Shown: one piece after another, positions 26,511 through 35,267 of the stretch
Layout of the letters: each line of letters opens with the position of its first letter
Numbering within the stretch: position 1 is the stretch's first letter
Source: Actinomycetales bacterium
GTDB taxonomy: Bacteria > Actinomycetota > Actinomycetes > S36-B12 > UBA5976
Reading direction: 5' to 3'
Length of the DNA stretch: 64,000 nucleotides
Assembly: GCA_018969715.1 (NCBI GenBank)
Contig: JAGWXT010000005.1
Location: 13,263 to 77,262, forward strand
The notes under the pieces: model-generated
Told to the model about the DNA's origin: nothing
Databases searched by the model: none
Seen by the model: the letters and a program-made list of their open reading frames with translations, nothing else
Program-made: the position numbers and the translations under genes

Positions 26511-27995
26511 ATGGCGGTAGTGGAGTGCCGGCAGGTCTCCAAGTGGTATGGCACCGCCAAGGTCCTCGACGACGTCGACTTCACCGCCAATGAGGCCGAA
26601 ATCCACGTCATCCTTGGTGAGAACGGTGCCGGCAAGAGCACCTTGGTGAAGGTCATCGCCGGCCTGGTGTCCCCTGATCGCGGCCAGGTCCTGCTGCGGG
26701 GCGCTGCCCTGAAGGCGGGTTCCGTGGCCGCGGCGCAGGCACAGGGGGTTGCCCTGATCCATCAGGAACCGCGGCTCTTCCCGGATCTGTCGGTGATGGA
26801 GAACATCTGGATCGATCAGGGCTCAGGGTGGTGGTCACGCCGGCGCTTCCGGCTCTCTCGGATGGCCGGCCGGACTCGGGAATTGCTGGGCCGGCTGGGC
26901 AGTTCGGTGTCGCCGGATGCGCGGGTGGCGTTCCTGTCGGTTGCTGATCAGCAGATGATCGATATTGCCGCCGCACTCCGCAAGGACCTGAAGGTCCTGA
27001 TCGTGGATGAGCCGACCGCGTCGCTTACCCCCGCGGAGGTCGGCAACCTCTTTCGGGTCATGCGGGAACTTCGCGATCAGGGTGTGGCAGTGATCTTCAT
27101 CGGGCACCGACTTGAGGAGATCCTCGAGATCAGCGATCGCATCACGGTGCTGCGCGATGGTCGGCTGGTGCGGACACTCAGCCGAGATGAGGCGAATGAG
27201 GATGAACTCATTCGGTTGATGATCGGACGTGATATCGAGGCGGTTGCACATGCCCCCACAGCGGCCGTCGGTGAGGTGCTGCTCTCAGTCCGGGACCTCT
27301 CCGCCGCCGGGCACTTCTCCGATGTCTCCCTGGACGTCCGACGAGGTGAGATCGTCGGTATCGGCGGCCTGGTCGGCTCCGGCCGGAGCGAGGTCCTGGA
27401 GGCCATCTTCGGCGTTCGTCCGCGATCCACTGGGGTGGTGTCGGTGGGTGGGCGATCGATCGGCTCGCTGGCACAGGCCGTTGCCAGTGGGATGGGGTTG
27501 GTGCCGGAGGATCGCGGTCGCTATGGCCTTGTCCTGCTGTCCAGTGTGTTGAACAACGTCTCAGCACCCAACCTTGATCTCACGTCCCGCCTGGGAATTC
27601 GACGTCCCCGCCGGGAGCAGCGCAATGCGCAGGACATCGTGGCCCGGCTGCGTATCCGGGTGTCGAGTCTCGCGCAGCTGGCTGGGCAGCTCAGCGGGGG
27701 AAACCAGCAGCGGGTGAGCCTCGGTAAGTGGTTGGTGCGCGACCTCGACATCCTCCTTGTGGACGAGCCGACCCGCGGCGTGGACATCGGATCCAAGCGC
27801 GAGATCCATGGCCTGCTGCGTCAGTTCGCGGACTCCGGTAAGGCGGTGCTGCTGGTCAGCAGTGACATGCGGGAACTGCTTGAAGTGCCAGATCGCATCC
27901 TGGTGATGCGCGAGGGGCGCATCACGGGCGGGCTGTCCATCGATGAGGCCGATGAGGAGTCAGTCATGCGCCTGGCGGCGGGGATCGCGGCATGA
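26511..27995 (+). CDS. sugar (rhamnose-type) ABC transporter ATP-binding protein, fused double NBD
   Basis: Walker A GENGAGKST and signature LSGGNQQRVSLG. 494 aa. Confidence 0.9.
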   Translation: MAVVECRQVSKWYGTAKVLDDVDFTANEAEIHVILGENGAGKSTLVKVIAGLVSPDRGQVLLRGAALKAGSVAAAQAQGVALIHQEPRLFPDLSVMENIWIDQGSGWWSRRRFRLSRMAGRTRELLGRLGSSVSPDARVAFLSVADQQMIDIAAALRKDLKVLIVDEPTASLTPAEVGNLFRVMRELRDQGVAVIFIGHRLEEILEISDRITVLRDGRLVRTLSRDEANEDELIRLMIGRDIEAVAHAPTAAVGEVLLSVRDLSAAGHFSDVSLDVRRGEIVGIGGLVGSGRSEVLEAIFGVRPRSTGVVSVGGRSIGSLAQAVASGMGLVPEDRGRYGLVLLSSVLNNVSAPNLDLTSRLGIRRPRREQRNAQDIVARLRIRVSSLAQLAGQLSGGNQQRVSLGKWLVRDLDILLVDEPTRGVDIGSKREIHGLLRQFADSGKAVLLVSSDMRELLEVPDRILVMREGRITGGLSIDEADEESVMRLAAGIAA

Positions 27996-29005
27996 GCACT
28001 GGGCGCCCTGGTGTGTCGTGGGGGGTGCTGATCCGCGTCCGGGAGGCAGGCATTGCAGCGGTCATCGTCGCGCTGATCGCTGTATTCGGGCTGCTCAACC
28101 CGCGATTCCTCAACGCCGAGAACCTCGGGGCGATCGTGCTGAGCGTCGGCATCCTGATGATCCTCGCCATCGGCCAGATGCTCGTCATCGTCACCCGCAA
28201 CATCGACCTCTCAGTCGGCAGCGTGCTCGGCCTGTCGGCGATGGTCATGGGCATGGTCGGCCGCGACCTGCCGCAGGTGCCGATTCCCCTGCTCATCCTC
28301 ATTGCCATGGCCGTCGGTGCGCTGGCGGGTGCCCTGAACGGGGTGCTCGTTGCGGTGGCGCAGGTGCCGGCGATCATTGCCACCCTCGGCACACTGGCGA
28401 TCTTCCGCGGGTTGACCTTCCTCGTCTCAAACAACGTTCAGGTCGATCCTGAGGACATCGATGACCGAGTTCAGGATCTCGCGGCCGAGGGGCCACTCGG
28501 TATCCCCTGGCTGGTCATCTTCGCCATCATCGTCGTCGCAGTGGCGTGGTGGTTCACCACGAGGACCATGACCGGAAAGCGCCTCTACGCCATCGGCAGC
28601 AACCCCGAGGCGGCACGCATGAGGGGACTCAACGTCCGCGGCTTGACCTTCTTGGTCTTCGTCACGATGGGTGCCCTCGCTGGCCTCGGTGGTGCGATGT
28701 ATGTCGCGCGGTTCGCGACCGTCAATCCGGCCGATGCTGGGCTTGGCTTCGAACTCGCGGTGATCAGTGCGGTCGTCATCGGCGGCACCAATATCTTCGG
28801 CGGATCGGGCACCGTCCTCGGCACCGTCCTCGGCACCGTGCTGGTGGGCATCCTCGCCAATGGGCTGACCGTGGTGGGGGTCAGCGGCTTCTGGCAGCGC
28901 TTTGCCTCCGGCGCCATCATCCTGCTGGCCATCGTTGCCGACGCTTTCGTGCGACGACGCATTGAGGCGCGACAATCACAGGAGACGACGGTGAGAAGTA
29001 CATGA
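27992..29005 (+). CDS. sugar ABC transporter permease 1
   Basis: ATGA overlap with the ATPase gene. Multi-TM. GGTNIFGGSGTVLGT string. Confidence 0.85.
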   Translation: MSTGRPGVSWGVLIRVREAGIAAVIVALIAVFGLLNPRFLNAENLGAIVLSVGILMILAIGQMLVIVTRNIDLSVGSVLGLSAMVMGMVGRDLPQVPIPLLILIAMAVGALAGALNGVLVAVAQVPAIIATLGTLAIFRGLTFLVSNNVQVDPEDIDDRVQDLAAEGPLGIPWLVIFAIIVVAVAWWFTTRTMTGKRLYAIGSNPEAARMRGLNVRGLTFLVFVTMGALAGLGGAMYVARFATVNPADAGLGFELAVISAVVIGGTNIFGGSGTVLGTVLGTVLVGILANGLTVVGVSGFWQRFASGAIILLAIVADAFVRRRIEARQSQETTVRST

Positions 29006-30024
29006 GCCACACTCATGCCGCTGCGGGAGACCTGGTCGAGGTAGGTGGGCTACCGTGGCGGGCTCGGATCGGCCCCTACCTGCCGTCACTGGTCGTTCTC
29101 GTCGCCGCAGTTGTCTACGGCTCGGTCTCCTCGCCGTACTTCCTCAACTTCAGCGCGCTGCTGGTGAACACGGGCCGGTATGTGGAGATCGGGCTGCTCG
29201 CGCTGGCGCTGACGGTGGTCATCATCAATGGCGATATCGATCTTTCCGTTGCCAGCAACCTTGCGGTCAGTGCCGCGACGATGGGTCTACTCGTCGAATC
29301 GGGAGTCGGCATCGAGGTGGCGGCCTTCGCCGCCCTGGCCGTCGGACTGGGGTTGGGGGCGATCAATGCGCTGTTCATCGTCGGGCTGGGGTTGCCGAGC
29401 CTGGTGGTAACACTGGCCACGCTGGCGCTGTACCGCGGCCTTGCCCAGATCCTGCTGGGGGATCGAGCCGTCACCGGATACCCGGAGGCCTTCATCGGCG
29501 TCGATCAGATTTCACTGCTCGGCGACTGGGCGCGTGTCCCGCTGCCACTGGTGCTCTTCCTGGTCGTGGCCCTGCTGTTCAGCGTGCTGTTGACGCGCAC
29601 CAACTTCGGCCTTGCGTGCTATCTCACGGGCAGCAACCAGCAGGCAGCTCGCTTCAGCGGTATCAAAACCGATCACACGCGGGCGGTGGCGTTCATGCTC
29701 TGCGGGCTGATGGCCGGCGCGGCAGCCATCATGCTCACCTCTCGGCTGGGCTCAACGCTGTCGAATGTCGGACTGGGTCTGGAGTTGCTCGCCATCACGG
29801 TGGTCGTCCTCGGCGGCACCGACATCTTCGGCGGGCGCGGCACGATCATCGGCACCGTCATCGCCCTGTTCGCGGTGATGGCGGTACGCGAGTCGCTGGT
29901 CATCTCGAACGTGAACGGGCAGGTACAGGACGCCGTCGTCGGCGTGATCCTGATTCTGGCGATCATCGTTCCGCTCACCGTGGCACATCTGCGAGAACGC
30001 AGCAGTCAGCGAAGACTCCGGTGA
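29002..30024 (+). CDS. sugar ABC transporter permease 2
   Basis: ATGA overlap. Multi-TM. GGTDIFGGRGTIIGT string. The two-permease layout matches RhaP/RhaQ-type systems. Confidence 0.85.
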   Translation: MSHTHAAAGDLVEVGGLPWRARIGPYLPSLVVLVAAVVYGSVSSPYFLNFSALLVNTGRYVEIGLLALALTVVIINGDIDLSVASNLAVSAATMGLLVESGVGIEVAAFAALAVGLGLGAINALFIVGLGLPSLVVTLATLALYRGLAQILLGDRAVTGYPEAFIGVDQISLLGDWARVPLPLVLFLVVALLFSVLLTRTNFGLACYLTGSNQQAARFSGIKTDHTRAVAFMLCGLMAGAAAIMLTSRLGSTLSNVGLGLELLAITVVVLGGTDIFGGRGTIIGTVIALFAVMAVRESLVISNVNGQVQDAVVGVILILAIIVPLTVAHLRERSSQRRLR

Positions 30025-30084
30025 CACCACCGGCAGTTCAGAATCGCACGCGACGGTCGCGGCGATGAACGAAAGGAAACAGCA

Positions 30085-31161
30085 ATGAGGAGAGTGCGCA
30101 GGTCTGCCGTCCTTGTCGCAACTGCGGCATCGATGGCTGTCGTTCTCGCCGCCTGCGGTGGGACGAGTACAAGTGACGAGGCGCCAGCCGAGGCTCCCGC
30201 AGAGGAGGCGCCAGCCGAGGCTCCCGCAGCCGGGGGTGAGGCGCTTCGGGTGACGTACATCCCGAAGAATCTCGGTAACCCCTACTTCGACGCAATCGTC
30301 AAGGGGTTCCAGGAGGCGGCACCGGGCCTGAACATGACCGTCGAGGTGGTTGCCCCAGCGCAGGCGGGTGCAACGGATCAGATCCCCTTCATTGATGCAG
30401 CGATCCAGCAGCAGGTTGATGCGATCGCGATCTCCCCGAATGACGCCGATGCGCTCTGCCCATCGCTCAAGCGGGCGGCCGATGCTGGGATCATCGTGAT
30501 CACGGTCAATGGCGACACCGCAGCGGACTGCCGTCAGGCATCGATCACCCCGGTTGACTTCAGCCAGCTGGGCAAGTACCTCGTCGACCTCACCGCACAG
30601 GTGACCGGTGGTAAGGGTGAGTGGGCATTCCTCTCGGCCACATCGACCGCTCCGGACCAGAACTCCTGGCTGGCCGGCGCCGATGAGTACATCGCTTCCG
30701 GTCAGTCACCTGCGGGTCTGACGCTGGTTGACACTGTCTACGGCGACGACGCTCCGGACAAGAGCGCCACCGAGGCGCAGGCTCTGCTGACGAAGTACCC
30801 GAATCTCGCCGCCATCAACGCCCCGACCACGGTCGGTATCGCCGCGGCGGCCCAGGTGCTGTCACAGTCACCGAAGAAGGGTCAGGTGCAGGTGACCGGC
30901 CTGGGTACTCCGAACCAGATGCGGGAGTTCATCAAGGACGGCACCGTTCAAAAGTTCGCACTGTGGGACCCTGCCCTGCAGGGCACGATCGCAGCGAACC
31001 TGATCGCCGGGATCAAGGCCGGGACCATTGCTCCGGCTGCCGATCTCGAATTCGAGGTGCCGGGCGTCGGTCAGCGCGTGATGGCGGGCGCCGACCGGGT
31101 CATCATCGCTGGGCCGCCGCAGGAGTTCGACGCGTCGAATATCGACAACTTCGACTTCTAG
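30085..31161 (+). CDS. sugar ABC transporter substrate-binding lipoprotein (RhaS/LsrB-like)
   Basis: Lipobox VVLAAC|GG, linker DEAPAEAPAEEAPAEAPAAGGE, then YIPKNLGNPYFDA, which is typical of rhamnose/AI-2-type PBPs (from memory). Confidence 0.8.
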   Translation: MRRVRRSAVLVATAASMAVVLAACGGTSTSDEAPAEAPAEEAPAEAPAAGGEALRVTYIPKNLGNPYFDAIVKGFQEAAPGLNMTVEVVAPAQAGATDQIPFIDAAIQQQVDAIAISPNDADALCPSLKRAADAGIIVITVNGDTAADCRQASITPVDFSQLGKYLVDLTAQVTGGKGEWAFLSATSTAPDQNSWLAGADEYIASGQSPAGLTLVDTVYGDDAPDKSATEAQALLTKYPNLAAINAPTTVGIAAAAQVLSQSPKKGQVQVTGLGTPNQMREFIKDGTVQKFALWDPALQGTIAANLIAGIKAGTIAPAADLEFEVPGVGQRVMAGADRVIIAGPPQEFDASNIDNFDF

Positions 31162-31171
31162 GCTCACAGCC

Positions 31172-31227
31172 CCGCAATGTGGCGGGGTGGACGGTCGCCC
31201 GAGTGACCGTCCACCCCGCCATTGCGG
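31172..31227 (+). terminator. long GC-rich hairpin after the SBP gene (I-shaped terminator candidate)
   Basis: CCGCAATG(TG)GCGGGGTGGACGGTC-gcccgagt-GACCGTCCACCCCGCCATTGCGG: 23 paired bases with a 2-nt bulge, starting 10 nt after the stop codon. No U-tract. Confidence 0.55.
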
Positions 31228-31314
31228 CAACGGCCCGAGGATTCCGGCACCATGCCGGTGGCCCAGTTGGTGGGTGTGGCCGCCCAGTTCCTGAGTAGGA
31301 AACGAGGTTTGAGC

Positions 31315-32097
31315 ATGCGCAGGACAGCCTTCTGCCCGGTCGGCTCCTCAGTGATCGTCACGGGCGCTGGCCGGGGCATTGGAGCCGCCGCAGCGGTCCG
31401 TCTGGCCGCTGACGGCCTGCACGTGGTGGCCTGCGATCTCGATGCGGCGGGGTTGCACGACACCCGCGATCGAATCGTGGCCAATAGCGGGTCCTGTGAG
31501 GTGCTGACAGCCGATGTGACGTCGCCGCAGGACTGTCAGCAGGTTGCCGAGCGGGCAGCGTCAGGGGCGCAGCCCCTGCGTGGACTGGTGAACAACGCCG
31601 CGGTCGGCGCCTTCGCCATGGACGTGGAAAGCACCACCCTGGCGGAGTGGAACCGCATCATCGCGGCCGATCTCACCAGCGTCTTCCTGATGAGCAAGGT
31701 GAGCATTCCGCTCATTCGTGCGGCAGGCGGCGGGGTGATCGTCAACGTCTCCTCCGTCCACGCCTATGCAACCTCACCCGCGGTCGCGCCGTATGCCGCT
31801 GCCAAGGGCGGGGTGCTGGCCCTCACGCGAACAATGGCCCTCGACCTGGCCGTCGACAGCATCCGGGTGATGGCCTTGGTGCCGGGCGCCGTCGACACGC
31901 CAATGCTCCAGTCCCATGCCGAACGCGAGGGCAAGTCACTGGCGGAGCTGGGATTCCCAAGTGGGCCGAATGCGATCGCGCGAATCGCCGACCCAGAGGA
32001 GATCGCTGGCACGATCGCGTTCCTCCTCTCCCGTGACGCAACATTCATGACCGGTTCGGCGCTGGTCGCCGACGGCGGCATGCTGGCGAAGTTCTGA
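31315..32097 (+). CDS. SDR family oxidoreductase
   Basis: Trimmed to ATG 31315 (AGGAAACGAGG RBS). TGAGRGIG and YAAAKGG motifs. Confidence 0.8.
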   Translation: MRRTAFCPVGSSVIVTGAGRGIGAAAAVRLAADGLHVVACDLDAAGLHDTRDRIVANSGSCEVLTADVTSPQDCQQVAERAASGAQPLRGLVNNAAVGAFAMDVESTTLAEWNRIIAADLTSVFLMSKVSIPLIRAAGGGVIVNVSSVHAYATSPAVAPYAAAKGGVLALTRTMALDLAVDSIRVMALVPGAVDTPMLQSHAEREGKSLAELGFPSGPNAIARIADPEEIAGTIAFLLSRDATFMTGSALVADGGMLAKF

Positions 32098-33179
32098 TGT
32101 CCGCAGGTGAGCCCGGCAGTCGCGGGATGCGGGCGCCGGCGGTCCTCGTGGAGCGGCCGGGTGAGGTGACGCTGACGGACGTCGAGCTTGGCGAACCCGG
32201 CGAGGGCGATGTGCTGATCCGAACCTTGGTCTCAGGGGTCAGCACCGGTACCGACCGCTGGGTGGTCACGGGACGGTTCGAGTGGGGGGCCTTCGAATTT
32301 CCGCTGGTGCCGGGCTATCAGCGCATCGGCGTTGTGGCGGCGATCGGCGAATCCGTGTCATCCCTCTCCCCGGGAGATGTCGTCTTCGCTACGAGCAGCC
32401 GGGATTTCGTTGACGCGTCCGCCGGATGGGGTGCCCATGCGGCATGGGCGATCTCCCCAGAGGCAGAGGTGTTCCCCGCGCAGGGAGTGCCCGCACTTTC
32501 CGGTTCACTCGCGGTCAGCCTGCAGGTGGGTGTCAATGCTGCTGCGCGGCTGGTTGATCCGGACGGGGCGCGCATCCTCGTCGTGGGTGACGGGATCATC
32601 GGCACCAGCGCCGCCCTGGCGGCGCAGTTGAGGGGTGCGCGGGTGCTGCTGGCGGGTCATCGCACTCAGCGACTGGCGGCCATCGCCGCGAGCCAGCGAG
32701 CAGCCGAGGCAGATCTGGCGCGCGCAGGTCGTTCGACGATCGAGTGCATCAACTCCCACGAGGATTGGGCGAGCCACCTTGCCGAATGGCAGCCGACATC
32801 GGTGATCGACACCGTCCAGAGTGCGGCGGTGACCAGCGACTACCTTCGATTCCTGCCCTGCACCTGGAATGGGTCGGCATCCGTGCACCCCCGTCATGGC
32901 TCATCCCAGATCGTCTTCGCCGGCCACAGTCCCGATGGGATCACCTGCTGGGCGGACATGGCCGGCCTGCAGCAGCAGGAGGCGACGGTGCACTTCGTAT
33001 CCGGCTGGACTCGGACGCGGATGCACAACACCCTGGAACTGCTCCGCAATGGCGATTTGGTGGTGGACTCGCTGATCAGCGAGATCGCACTGGGCGATTC
33101 GATGACCGAGTTTCTCGGTCAGCTTGCCGATGGATCGGTTGCCCCAGTGGCAGCGTGTCTACGCTGGGCGGATGACTGA
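32097..33179 (+). CDS. MDR-superfamily dehydrogenase (zinc-ADH-like, atypical)
   Basis: GroES-like N-terminus (VLIRTLVSGVSTGTD..PLVPGYQRIGVV) and a VVGDGIIG Rossmann motif. The canonical Cys/His zinc ligands are not obvious. Confidence 0.65.
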   Translation: MSAGEPGSRGMRAPAVLVERPGEVTLTDVELGEPGEGDVLIRTLVSGVSTGTDRWVVTGRFEWGAFEFPLVPGYQRIGVVAAIGESVSSLSPGDVVFATSSRDFVDASAGWGAHAAWAISPEAEVFPAQGVPALSGSLAVSLQVGVNAAARLVDPDGARILVVGDGIIGTSAALAAQLRGARVLLAGHRTQRLAAIAASQRAAEADLARAGRSTIECINSHEDWASHLAEWQPTSVIDTVQSAAVTSDYLRFLPCTWNGSASVHPRHGSSQIVFAGHSPDGITCWADMAGLQQQEATVHFVSGWTRTRMHNTLELLRNGDLVVDSLISEIALGDSMTEFLGQLADGSVAPVAACLRWADD

Positions 33180-33981
33180 TCTGGCACCGGCAGGTGGCCG
33201 ACCTTCCGCCGAGAGTTCCACCACACCCCTTGCCGGTTGCGTCAGCCTCGTCACGGGCGGCGGCAGCGGCCTGGGCTCGGTGATCGCTGAAGGTCTTGCC
33301 CGGGCGGGCTCCGATGTCGCGATCGTGGACGTGGACGAGGCCGGGCTAGCGCAGACGGCCACCCTCATTGAGCAGACGGGCGTGCGTGCCTGGACTGCTG
33401 TTGCCGACGTCGGCGATGAGGTGGCGGCCGCGCGAGCCATCGACAATGCGATCGCCGCCCTTGGTCATGTGAATGTGCTCGTCGCCAATGCGGGAATCGG
33501 TGACCGCTCGCCGGCCGAATCGATGCACATTGACCAGTGGGATCGGGTCATTCGAGTCAACCTGCGGGGGGTGTGGCTGTTCAATCAGGGCGTTGGGCGC
33601 CACCTGATCGAGACTGGGCGGCCCGGCAGCATCATCAACATGGCATCGGTTGCCGGCCAGGTGGGGCTGACCACCGGGATCGCCAACTACTCCGCGAGCA
33701 AGGGTGCGGTCATCGCCCTCACCCGCTGCCTGGCGATGGAGTGGGCTGGTCATGGGATCCGTGTCAATGCCATCGCTCCGACACACTTCGAGACCCCCAT
33801 GGTCGCTGGTGCAGTGCAGGCGAATCCCAGTCTGGGGGAGTACTTCCGTGGCAACATTCCCCTCGGCCGACTCGGTCAGCCTGATGAGATCGTTGGCCCG
33901 GTGGTCTTCCTCGCATCCCCGGCATCGTCCATGGTCACCGGCCATGTCCTCGCCGTGGACGGCGGTCACACCGCGCGCTAG
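33172..33981 (+). CDS. SDR family oxidoreductase
   Basis: Trimmed to ATG 33172 (8-nt overlap with the upstream gene). TGGGSGLG, NAGI and YSASKGA motifs. Confidence 0.85.
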   Translation: MTDLAPAGGRPSAESSTTPLAGCVSLVTGGGSGLGSVIAEGLARAGSDVAIVDVDEAGLAQTATLIEQTGVRAWTAVADVGDEVAAARAIDNAIAALGHVNVLVANAGIGDRSPAESMHIDQWDRVIRVNLRGVWLFNQGVGRHLIETGRPGSIINMASVAGQVGLTTGIANYSASKGAVIALTRCLAMEWAGHGIRVNAIAPTHFETPMVAGAVQANPSLGEYFRGNIPLGRLGQPDEIVGPVVFLASPASSMVTGHVLAVDGGHTAR

Positions 33982-34004
33982 GTGCTCGTGTCGGTAATGC
34001 GTGT

Positions 34005-34362
34005 TTGCTTGGTGGTGCGGGAGAGTGTGTCATAGGGGAACCGCAGGGGGTCGAGCAGTGTGTGTTGATGGATGTTGAGCCGGGTTTTGGGGGTTTGGTG
34101 CGGGCGAGGCGGACGGTGGAGAAGACGTTTCGCCGGTATGACCAGGACCAGCCGATGCTGCTGGCGCCGGATCTGCGGGATTGGCTGCCGGGGGATCATC
34201 CTGCGCGGTGGGTCGATGACCTGGTTTGGGCATGGATTGGACTTGACGGCGTTCTTCGATGATGACACGGTGGCTCGTGGGGCTCCGCCGTATGGCCCGA
34301 GGCTGATGGTGAAGTTGCTGATCTACGGGCTGTGGGTTTCGGCAGTAGTGTTGGCACAGTGA
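34005..34362 (+). pseudogene. IS1182/IS5-type transposase N-terminal remnant (frameshifted, truncated)
   Basis: Two frames read FRRYDQDQPMLLAPDLRDWLPGDHPARWVDDLV and then LDLTAFFDD..ARGAPPYGPRLMVKLLIYGL. This is the DUF772-type N-terminus of IS1182-like transposases. Only ~95 aa remain, with no catalytic DDE region. Confidence 0.6.
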
Positions 34363-35246
34363 CCGTCGAGGATCGGGGACCAGCGGTGCCGGATGCCAGC
34401 AAGGCAAATGCGACGGTCCCGGACCTCCCGCATATCCGCGATGGCCTGCCCATCGACTGGGTGCCCGAACTGGTTGCCATCGACGTCGACGACACGCTCA
34501 CGACCTGGATGGGGCAGGTGCGCCCGGAAGTCACCGCTGCGGTGGCCCGGGCCCGCCGCTCGGGGGTGACGGTGACGCTTGCGACGGGGCGCAGTATCAG
34601 CACGACCCTCCCGGTCGCCCACAGTGCCGGCATCGACGATCTGCTCGTCTGCAGCAACGGCGCGATTCTCGTCTCGGCCCCGACGGGGAAGGTGGTGGAG
34701 GCGATCTCATTTGATCCCGAGCCATTGGTGACGGAGCTGATGGGCTTGATCCCGGATGCCGTCTTCGCGGTCGAGGATCCGCGCGGCAACTTCCGAACGA
34801 CCCATCACTTCGACACCGGTGCCCTCGGGCTGTCGCTGACCGTTGCGCCGCTGGCGGAGATCATCACCGAGCCGGTGATCCGCCTGGTCGTTCGCAGTGA
34901 GGGTCATGCCGAGCAGGGGTTCGCTGAGATCGCCGAGCGGATGGGCTTCCACTCCGTGGTGTTCGGCATCGCCGAGGTGGCATGGATGGATGTCGGTCCG
35001 TGGGGAGTGAACAAGTCAACGATGCTCGCCGAGGTCTGCGCCCGGCAGGGCATCGACCCCTCGCGCACCGTCGCGATCGGCGACTATCTCAATGACCTGG
35101 CGATGCTGCGCTGGGCGGGACTGGGCGTCGCAATGGGGCATGCGCCGCGCATCGTCCGCGAGCACGCCGACGCGATCACCGGAGCCGAGCCCGGATTGGG
35201 CGTTGTCGAGGTGCTCGACGCCGTCACCGCCCGCCGCGGCGGCTAG
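34332..35246 (+). CDS. HAD-superfamily hydrolase, Cof/IIB type
   Basis: Motif I DVDDTL, motif IV GDYLNDLAML. The start is uncertain: GTG 34332 gives a ~45-aa N-terminal extension. Confidence 0.7.
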   Translation: MGFGSSVGTVTVEDRGPAVPDASKANATVPDLPHIRDGLPIDWVPELVAIDVDDTLTTWMGQVRPEVTAAVARARRSGVTVTLATGRSISTTLPVAHSAGIDDLLVCSNGAILVSAPTGKVVEAISFDPEPLVTELMGLIPDAVFAVEDPRGNFRTTHHFDTGALGLSLTVAPLAEIITEPVIRLVVRSEGHAEQGFAEIAERMGFHSVVFGIAEVAWMDVGPWGVNKSTMLAEVCARQGIDPSRTVAIGDYLNDLAMLRWAGLGVAMGHAPRIVREHADAITGAEPGLGVVEVLDAVTARRGG

Positions 35247-35267
35247 CGCACCGAATCGCGGGCTCGG

